A stretch of 12,787 bases of DNA from Candidatus Micrarchaeota archaeon (GTDB lineage Archaea; Micrarchaeota; Micrarchaeia; Norongarragalinales; SBBD01), in the NCBI GenBank assembly GCA_038046605.1, contig JBBSVW010000052.1, forward strand, positions 1 through 12,787, given 5' to 3'. The notes under the pieces were generated by a model, which had not been told where the DNA came from, made no database searches, and was given only the letters and a program-made list of their open reading frames with translations. Position 1 is the first letter of the stretch. Every line of letters starts with the position of its first letter. Positions 5,563-12,787 of this stretch are shown piece after piece. The translations under genes were made by a program, and so were the position numbers.

Positions 5563-8500
5563 GTGATTGCTTGCCCCGGATTAGGAATGGCAAGCACCGC
5601 CCGAATAAGTCCATTGTGTGGGGGAAAGGTGATTCTGCTGAGACTAGGCTATGCGGTTTTATCCCTGATTTTGCTTTTCAGCGCCGTTTCAAGCTCAAAT
5701 GCCAGGAGCGCCGATGAGACTGGATTGGTTTGGATTGATGCAACTCCCAAACAGGCCGGGATCGACCAAGTGCAAAACCCCCAATCCTGCGGCATCGGCT
5801 ATTTTGCCGGTAGGAGATACATGCAACCCGGAAGCACTACATCTTACCAGATAGGGGTGGTTAAGCAGGATCCCAACGGGGACGGCTACTATGCGAGTTC
5901 CATGTTTTTTGAGAATGTGAAGCAACCTGAGCTGAATTGGACCTCCTTTTCCCCTACGGAAATCATCACTTTCTTGGATTTGAATAATACATCCAGCTCT
6001 GAAACTGTATGGACTTACGTTAACAACAACACCCTCGGATTGGCATTTGGCAAAAATGATTTCAACATAGTCCATAAATGCGAAACCACGGGGAATACGG
6101 GACTCTCAGTTGCTGCACCGGCAGATATCACCATTTATCCCCACTTCATCGCAAATTTCAGCGCGCATTTCTCACAAACCAATAGGTCCATTGTCAACCT
6201 TACTTGGGCTCCATTCAATGCCACCAACCTTACAAACATCACAATTTATCGCACCCTCGGAGGAGAAATAAACATTACAAATTATCAGGGAGCCGAGGCA
6301 ATTGCCGTCCTTGATCCTTCCGCCACCAATTATGTGATCGAAAGCAGCAATCCTTGCCTGGATTATTATTATGCAGCATACGGCTTTTCGGATGTGGGCC
6401 TGAGAGCGATTTCGGCAACGGTTCCCAACAGCGATTACGGGCAGCCAAGGCCGTTTTACCTACTGACCCCAACTGAAGATATGCAATTGAACGACGAATC
6501 GATTCTCTTCTCATGGGAAAGGAGCCTTGATCCCTCGCCACTGGAATCCGTTAATTATGAATTGCACATGTATTCAGCCGCGGATCCCAACAACCCCATA
6601 CTTTCACAATCTCTGACGCAAACCTCCTATCTCCTGAACAACTCCCAGTTTGGGAATTACACATGGAAAGTACGTGCATACGATGATTGCGGATTTGAAA
6701 CCTACGGCTCTGCTAAAAGGAACCTGGCCTTGAATTCTAACGGTGGAGCCGTCACTATCGTCGGCGGAACCTCACCCAATCCTGGATATGTAAATGACGG
6801 AAAGCTTGCCACCTCATCCGCCATAAGCCTTGGTTTTTCCTCTTTAAGCGTTGAGTTCCCTTCACACCCCGAAGTCAACAGGGTCCAGCTCGAATACACT
6901 CTTGCCCAACCCGATTCCAATGTGCCATACTCCCATCGGTTCGAAATTTACAACAATCAGGCATTCTCGAGCTCATTCAGGTATCTTAGGGATGGGAGCA
7001 GGATGATTTTCGACGGGGCTATGCCTCCATCAAATAGCCAAAATGTAAGGCTCCAATTTTCCATGGATGCCCCATTTGCTTCGTCCTTGTCGGGGAGCCT
7101 TGTAGAGCTCAAGGTACACGGAGCCAGGAGTGCATTTAGCGTAAATCGGAGGCCCTCTGCGCCCAATTCCATCCTTTGCAACGGCGTTGAATGCCCGGCA
7201 AATCCCACATTCAATGAAACAATCAATTTGGAATGCTTAGGTTCCATCGACCCCGAAGGCGAACCACTGACTTATTCGATTGAAGCATATTACAACAAAA
7301 TGCTCGGAACGGAATATGGCAACAATGGCTGGACGAAGAAAAGGGGCATCACAATCACGGAAAATTCGGGTACGCAGCTTAGTGATTACCCCATTTTGCT
7401 AAACATACCTTTCTCTTCCGGAATGAAATCCGATTTTTCCGACCTTAGGTTCGAAAATGATGCGAATTTTGCCCACCTGCCTTATTGGATCGAAAATAAA
7501 GTCGATTATTCCTATGCGAAAGTATGGGTGAAAGTCCCGTCCATTCCTGCAAAGGGAAGTAAGCAAATAACAATGCATTATGGCAACCCCGACGCATACT
7601 ATGAGGGGAACGCAAGCAGCATATGCGACGGTCCATTTGGCGAGGATATAGAAGGAAACAGCACCTGCTGGCTTTACCGGGAGGATTTCAGCACCGACGT
7701 ATTCCAAAACCCCCTTTGGAGGAGGTCGAAACCGTGGCCCGACGTATTTGTCGAAAGCGGAGCATTAAGGCTTCCCAGGTACATGGGCCCGAATTGGGCG
7801 GATTACAACCAGTCAACCCCCATTGCCGCATTGACGCAATCAAAGGACATAGCCCTTGAGACCAGGACACTGTTCGACACATATGGCAGCGGGAATGGCT
7901 ACAAATCCGGAAGCCATACCATCAATACAAAAATAGGAACCATCACCTACATGCAGTACAGGGATTATCCGGGGAATGGCTGGGCCATCAATAATGGGTT
8001 CACGGGGATAATGGAGCCAAATCCACCTACGCCCGTTTACATACGGGCAAGGGCGGTATTCAGCACCGAACAGGAATCGCTATATGTAAATGTCACCGAT
8101 GGATCCGGTTTGACATTTGTTGGAAGCTCGATCCGTGAGCTTGGCGACATAAGCGGATATGGTTATAGCCAATATTGGGATTCGAACATGGCAATAGATT
8201 GGATCGGCTTTAGGAAATTCATCGATCCTGCGCCAACATATTCGATTGGACAAGAATTGCCCGATTACGGCTTTGCATGGTACGAACTTGGGACTCATCC
8301 CTCAGGCGGAACATTTGATTGGGATATTTCAAACATCACCCGGCAGCAAAATGCAGCCCTGCGTTGCAGGGCAATCGATGCAACCGGCAGCAACACCTAC
8401 ACGGCATATTTCCAATCGAACGCCAATCTCTCATTGAATTACAATTACGAGCCAACTGCGCCAACTGCGCTTCTATGCAATGGCCTGCCTTGCAGTGCCA

Positions 8501-11500
8501 ACTACGAATTTGAAGATCCAATCAACATCAGCTGCTCTGGCTCTTCCGACCTGGAAAACAACGCCATCACATATATGGTCGAATCATTCATTTATCCCAA
8601 CTCAACCACGGGCATGTGGTGGAATTACACCTGGAACAAGCGAAAAAATCTGCAAATTACCGAAAAATCAGGAATGGCCCTATTCAATTATACAATCCCA
8701 ATAAATTTCACCTATGAGGGCGGCATGCTCTTAAATTTCTCCGACCTGCGCTTCGTGGCGGGAAACAAGCAGCTCGATTATTGGATTGAAAAAAAACAAG
8801 ATGGCGCCTGGGCATACGCATGGGTAGAGATAGATTCGATTCCGGAAAACGGCAGCGTTATTATTGGCATGTACTATGGAAACCCCAAATCCTCAAGTGC
8901 AAGCAATGAAACTGCAGTATTCCTCTTCATTGAAGAATTCGAAAACGGAGAATACAACGCCTCTTACTTCACGTCTGGCAGCGGCACAATATCATATTCC
9001 AACCAATCCAACTGCGTAGTGGGAAGTTGCATGGAATTATATTTGCAGGGAAACAGGTGGATTCAAACGTCCATTCCCAGCATCAACGCCACAAACCGCC
9101 ATGTGCGCTGGTTCGTAAACGGATATAACGCATACCGCCCGTATAGCGGGCTTTCGCTCTCACCTGCCTACAGCGCCCTTTGGACAGATTACAATAACAA
9201 CGACCTATGGGAATCAACCGACGGAGGGGCATACGAGACAGCGCCCGTCGTCGACAAGTGGCAGCAATTTGACGTCTATGCGACAGACGGAAAGGTGCGG
9301 ATCTCCATAGACGGCACACTTGTATTGAATTACACCGCATCCGGCAAACTGAACAACTATGCAATGCTTATTGGGGGTTACTCGAGCGCTTCGAGCGGCA
9401 TAATGCTCATTGACAGCTGGCGGGCACGAACATATGTGAGCCCCGAACCCCAAGTCAGCATCGGAAGCGAAGAGGATGGGACGATCTATGCTTGGAATAC
9501 AATTGGCAGCCATGGTGAGGGATCTTTCATGGAATGGAATACGGCTGCATTCGAGGCAAACGCGCACTCCGGCCTTCGTTGCCGGGCAATCGACCTTGAC
9601 GGAAGCAAACTATACTCGGGGTACTACTCACCAAACGTCAATATAACCATCAACAAAGCCAACTTACCTCCAATTCTTAATGCGATTGGGAACAGGACGG
9701 TTGTTGAAAATTCCACTCTCACAATCCAGCTGCTTGCAACGGATGAGGATGGAAATCCGCTAACTTACGGAATTACTGGAGTGCTTCCAAGCGTTTATTA
9801 TTTCAACCCCTCAAGTGGCCTTTTCGGCTGGACGCCAAGCTTTAACGACGCTGGAACCTACACTGTGGAATTCAACGTTACAGATGGGAATCTTTCGGAT
9901 ATCGAATCAATTGCAATAACTGTCGTAAATTTGAACCAACCTCCAATGCTTGCACTCATTGGCAGCCGGAATATATTCGAAAACTCATCTCTCACAGTCC
10001 AGCTGAACGCAACTGACCCGGATGGAAATAACCTAACGTATGGGATAATCACCAATATTCCATTGGGATATTCCTTCCAAACCCAGACAGGCTTGTTTTC
10101 CTGGACGCCCTCGTTTTCCCAAGCAGGCGGCTACACCGCCACATTTAATGTAACTGACGGCCAGGCATCGGATTTGGAGACTATAACTATAACAGTAAAC
10201 AACCAGAATAGGCCGCCGATTTTGGCCTTGGTGGGAAATAAGTCCGTTATGGAAAATTCAACCCTGACGATCCAATTGGGTGCAACGGATGCGGATGCGG
10301 ATCCTTTAACATTTGCAATTATCGGAACGATACCAAGTAATTATTCGTTCAACACGAGCAGTGGACGGTTCATATGGACACCAAGCCAAACCGATGCCGG
10401 AAACTATTCAGTAAAATTCAGAGTTGCAGATGAAAGTAGTTTTGACGAGGAAACCATAATTATTTCCGTCTTGGATATGAACACGCCCCCAACAACCCCA
10501 ACCACATTGCTTTGCAACGGATCACCATGCAACGGGTACCACATTTACAACGGTTCGATTAACCTTTCCTGCTCGGGTGCTTTGGACGAACAGGGGGACC
10601 AGGTAACATACTTTTTGGAGGCCCGCTACAAGTCCACATTAGAAGGGCTCACCCCCTGGCCGTTCCAGCCGTGGAAAAACAGGAAGGATATTGTGATGGA
10701 GGGAACGGCATATTCACAGCTAAGCAATTTCGCCCTCCCAATAATGGTGTATTATGAGCCCGAAATGAAGCCTGATTTTTCCGATTTGAGGTTCCTTGAC
10801 GGGAACGGTATCAATGAGCTGAAATATTTTATCTATAACAAAACAAATTCCTCCTTTGCAAACGTGCTTTTGAAACTCCCGCAATTGAATTCCGCTGATG
10901 ATGCAAAAATCATCATGTATTTTGGAAACCCATCGGCCCAAAGCAAGAGCAATTTGAGCGCAGTTTGCCCCCAGAATTTCGGCTACGATGTAGAGGGGAA
11001 CGGCGCTTGCTGGATATACCGGGAGGATTTCAATTCAAATGTATTTACACAGCCCGAATGGACAAGTTATTCGGATGGAGGAAGAATCTCTTCTAGTGTA
11101 TCAAATGGCAACCTCATAATTCCAACAGGGTGGTGGAGTATTCATGGGTGGGCCCTTTATGCGCCTCAAAACCCGATTGTGAATTTGTCATCCAACAACA
11201 ATATTGCCATTGAAACCAGGACGAGATTTGATACCGCAGGGGCATATAATGGCTATAAATCAGGGGCACACCAGCTAAGATACGGCACACAATCGATAAC
11301 GTACGGAATGTACCGGTCCGGGGATGGATGGCAAATAAACAACAACTGGACGGGTCTGGTAAATCCAAACCCGCAAACACCGGTTTGGGTCAGGATGAGG
11401 GCAATTTACAATTCATCCGAGGAGGCCCTTTTTGCTAACGTGAGCGATGGGATGCGCCTTGGCAAAATTGGGACGGGCGCATCAAGCATAAATTATATCG

Positions 11501-12660
11501 GTGGCCTTCGCTGGTTCCAGGAGGATTGGGACATCAACATGACGATCGACTGGGTCGGGGTAAGGCAACTTCCCCCTGAAAATTACTTCTCCTACCCGTG
11601 GAAAACCATTTCTCAGCTTTCCGAGGGCGCAACGTTCAATTGGAACACATCGAGCGAACCATTGCAGAACGGAGTGCAAGTGCGATGCAGAGCAATTGAT
11701 CTAAATGGCAGCGGCCAGTATTCAGGATATTTAAGCCCGCAAATGAACATCACAATTTGGCAGAACAGCGCGCCAAATCTACTCCCCCTCCAAAATGCAA
11801 ACATATCAGAGAATTCGACAATCACATTTGAACTTTCCGCATCGGATGCGGACGGGGATAGCCTCCAGTTCTATTTGGAAAGCGGCATCACTTCTCAATA
11901 CAGCCTTGATCACAATACCGGTTCATTCAGTTGGACCCCCACTTTTGATGATGCCGGCCTTAGAACCCTGGCCTTCAATGTAACTGACGGCAAATTGTGG
12001 GATAGGGAACGGGCAAACATCACGGTGATCAACACCAATCGAAAACCTGATATCCCAAGCAATCCTTACCCGGCAAATAACCAAACAAATGCATCGAGAT
12101 ACATAGTACTTTCATGGAATGGCTCCGACCCCGATTCCTACGATGCCAACCTAAGGTATAGCCTATTTTACGGCGAACAACCCGATCCCTACCTTCTTCA
12201 CTACAATTTCACAAATTCGACCTACAACCTTACTGCTGCCGGGATAATACCCAGTTATGGGGCCATAATCTATTGGAAGATTGCCACTTATGACAGCTAC
12301 GGCAATTTATCGATTGGCCCCATCTGGAAATTTACCGTTAGGCAAAATGGGCCACCGCAAGGAACAATTTCAAATGTTACCGTATACGAAATGGGAACTG
12401 CGTTAATTGAGCCAAAAATGTTCGATGACGAGCCAATCAACTATGAAATAAACAGCCCCAAATTTGCATGGAACGGCAGGTATTTCTCCTGGAATCCCGG
12501 CCCTAGCGATTCGGGGGAATATGATTTTGTAATTACGGCCTCAGATGGCGAATTCGCCGTAAACAAGCCAGTGCATGTCAGTGTTGTCAATAAATGCACC
12601 AGCTATGACAAATTCAAAATGTGCTGGATCGGCTGCACGTGTGCAAGGGCACAAAAATAA
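5563..12660 (+). CDS. Giant secreted surface/adhesin-like glycoprotein: FN3-like and discoidin-like N-terminal domains, 3x DUF2341 + ConA/LamG-like modules, cadherin-like/He_PIG Ig repeats
   Basis: A 7.1-kb uninterrupted ORF with a signal peptide (ILLRLGYAVLSLILLFSAVSSSNA). It has three DUF2341-type motifs (DFSDLRF / NFSDLRF...YWIE...WVK...YYGNP), four N-x-PP...D-x-DG...F-x-WTP...F-x-V-x-D repeats and many NxS/T sequons. The start is uncertain (GTG 5563, ATG 5587 or GTG 5629). Confidence 0.88.
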   Translation: MIACPGLGMASTARISPLCGGKVILLRLGYAVLSLILLFSAVSSSNARSADETGLVWIDATPKQAGIDQVQNPQSCGIGYFAGRRYMQPGSTTSYQIGVVKQDPNGDGYYASSMFFENVKQPELNWTSFSPTEIITFLDLNNTSSSETVWTYVNNNTLGLAFGKNDFNIVHKCETTGNTGLSVAAPADITIYPHFIANFSAHFSQTNRSIVNLTWAPFNATNLTNITIYRTLGGEINITNYQGAEAIAVLDPSATNYVIESSNPCLDYYYAAYGFSDVGLRAISATVPNSDYGQPRPFYLLTPTEDMQLNDESILFSWERSLDPSPLESVNYELHMYSAADPNNPILSQSLTQTSYLLNNSQFGNYTWKVRAYDDCGFETYGSAKRNLALNSNGGAVTIVGGTSPNPGYVNDGKLATSSAISLGFSSLSVEFPSHPEVNRVQLEYTLAQPDSNVPYSHRFEIYNNQAFSSSFRYLRDGSRMIFDGAMPPSNSQNVRLQFSMDAPFASSLSGSLVELKVHGARSAFSVNRRPSAPNSILCNGVECPANPTFNETINLECLGSIDPEGEPLTYSIEAYYNKMLGTEYGNNGWTKKRGITITENSGTQLSDYPILLNIPFSSGMKSDFSDLRFENDANFAHLPYWIENKVDYSYAKVWVKVPSIPAKGSKQITMHYGNPDAYYEGNASSICDGPFGEDIEGNSTCWLYREDFSTDVFQNPLWRRSKPWPDVFVESGALRLPRYMGPNWADYNQSTPIAALTQSKDIALETRTLFDTYGSGNGYKSGSHTINTKIGTITYMQYRDYPGNGWAINNGFTGIMEPNPPTPVYIRARAVFSTEQESLYVNVTDGSGLTFVGSSIRELGDISGYGYSQYWDSNMAIDWIGFRKFIDPAPTYSIGQELPDYGFAWYELGTHPSGGTFDWDISNITRQQNAALRCRAIDATGSNTYTAYFQSNANLSLNYNYEPTAPTALLCNGLPCSANYEFEDPINISCSGSSDLENNAITYMVESFIYPNSTTGMWWNYTWNKRKNLQITEKSGMALFNYTIPINFTYEGGMLLNFSDLRFVAGNKQLDYWIEKKQDGAWAYAWVEIDSIPENGSVIIGMYYGNPKSSSASNETAVFLFIEEFENGEYNASYFTSGSGTISYSNQSNCVVGSCMELYLQGNRWIQTSIPSINATNRHVRWFVNGYNAYRPYSGLSLSPAYSALWTDYNNNDLWESTDGGAYETAPVVDKWQQFDVYATDGKVRISIDGTLVLNYTASGKLNNYAMLIGGYSSASSGIMLIDSWRARTYVSPEPQVSIGSEEDGTIYAWNTIGSHGEGSFMEWNTAAFEANAHSGLRCRAIDLDGSKLYSGYYSPNVNITINKANLPPILNAIGNRTVVENSTLTIQLLATDEDGNPLTYGITGVLPSVYYFNPSSGLFGWTPSFNDAGTYTVEFNVTDGNLSDIESIAITVVNLNQPPMLALIGSRNIFENSSLTVQLNATDPDGNNLTYGIITNIPLGYSFQTQTGLFSWTPSFSQAGGYTATFNVTDGQASDLETITITVNNQNRPPILALVGNKSVMENSTLTIQLGATDADADPLTFAIIGTIPSNYSFNTSSGRFIWTPSQTDAGNYSVKFRVADESSFDEETIIISVLDMNTPPTTPTTLLCNGSPCNGYHIYNGSINLSCSGALDEQGDQVTYFLEARYKSTLEGLTPWPFQPWKNRKDIVMEGTAYSQLSNFALPIMVYYEPEMKPDFSDLRFLDGNGINELKYFIYNKTNSSFANVLLKLPQLNSADDAKIIMYFGNPSAQSKSNLSAVCPQNFGYDVEGNGACWIYREDFNSNVFTQPEWTSYSDGGRISSSVSNGNLIIPTGWWSIHGWALYAPQNPIVNLSSNNNIAIETRTRFDTAGAYNGYKSGAHQLRYGTQSITYGMYRSGDGWQINNNWTGLVNPNPQTPVWVRMRAIYNSSEEALFANVSDGMRLGKIGTGASSINYIGGLRWFQEDWDINMTIDWVGVRQLPPENYFSYPWKTISQLSEGATFNWNTSSEPLQNGVQVRCRAIDLNGSGQYSGYLSPQMNITIWQNSAPNLLPLQNANISENSTITFELSASDADGDSLQFYLESGITSQYSLDHNTGSFSWTPTFDDAGLRTLAFNVTDGKLWDRERANITVINTNRKPDIPSNPYPANNQTNASRYIVLSWNGSDPDSYDANLRYSLFYGEQPDPYLLHYNFTNSTYNLTAAGIIPSYGAIIYWKIATYDSYGNLSIGPIWKFTVRQNGPPQGTISNVTVYEMGTALIEPKMFDDEPINYEINSPKFAWNGRYFSWNPGPSDSGEYDFVITASDGEFAVNKPVHVSVVNKCTSYDKFKMCWIGCTCARAQK
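7144..11763 (+). repeat. Three diverged intragenic modules of about 400-430 aa (7144-8442, 8443-9660, 10480-11763)
   Basis: Each module starts N-x-x-P-[ST]-x-P-x-x-[IL]-L-C-N-G-x-x-C, contains a DUF2341-like domain, and ends with R-C-R-A-I-D-x-x-G-S. Confidence 0.85.
9661..10479 (+). repeat. Three tandem 273-nt (91-aa) cadherin/He_PIG-like Ig repeats; a fourth copy lies at 11764-12036
   Basis: Units start at 9661 (NLPPIL), 9934 (NQPPML), 10207 (NRPPIL) and 11764 (NSAPNL). The period is exactly 273 nt, with shared ENS[TS], A[TS]DxDx[DN]xL and FxWTP motifs. Confidence 0.9.
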
Positions 12661-12711
12661 GGCAAAGTTAGCAATAGGTGGGGATTGGCTTTATTCCCCA
12701 TATGCCGCCCC

Positions 12712-12786
12712 TCATCCAATAATCACACCTATCTGCGGTTCACGAATAATAGGTGACACTTTTACCATAATATGATCAGGTGGTAA
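12712..12786 (-). CDS. Possible 3' end of a convergent gene running off the window
   Basis: A minus-strand frame is open from the window edge: ...LPPDHIMVKVSPIIREPQIGVIIG* (TGA at 12714-12712). Only 24 codons are visible. Confidence 0.3.
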   Translation of the reverse strand, partial: LPPDHIMVKVSPIIREPQIGVIIG

Positions 12787-12787
12787 A

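Noticed and set aside
7144..12036. Diversity-generating retroelement TR/VR pair or CRISPR array
   Set aside because: The repeats are protein-level and diverged at all base types. There is no near-identical pair with adenine-specific mismatches, no reverse transcriptase and no regularly spaced short DNA repeats.
12679..12700. TGGGGA...TCCCCA hairpin after the giant gene as a terminator
   Set aside because: It has only a 6-bp stem with a 10-nt loop and no following T-tract, so it is not distinguishable from chance.
5695..12775. Numerous short ORFs overlapping the giant gene
   Set aside because: They are antisense or out-of-frame shadows of a 7.1-kb ORF with coherent domain structure.

Overview
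Archaeal genomic DNA, most likely a DPANN lineage such as Micrarchaeota. The inference rests on eL15 and Rpp30, GGTGA-type RBSs, BRE/TATA-like promoters, a shortened eL15 and a stand-alone PEP-utilizer protein. From left to right the window holds: a 5'-truncated 2H phosphoesterase gene missed by the ORF track (3..623); two small in-frame membrane ORFs; a remnant of the archaeal exosome/RNase P superoperon (rpl15e, an inserted membrane protein, rpp30); a hairpin-dense non-coding element of about 130 nt just after rpp30; an orphan ORF; a minus-strand pair (hypothetical plus small TOPRIM protein); a PEP-utilizer His-swivel protein lacking an ATP-grasp domain; and a secreted surface protein of about 2,350 aa. 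In that protein, DUF2341 plus lectin-like cassettes appear nested three times inside a Cys-bearing Ig-like domain, alongside four 91-aa cadherin/He_PIG-like repeats. The most interesting items are the structured element after rpp30 and the nested architecture of the giant protein. No CRISPR array, tRNA, rRNA or transposase was recognised.
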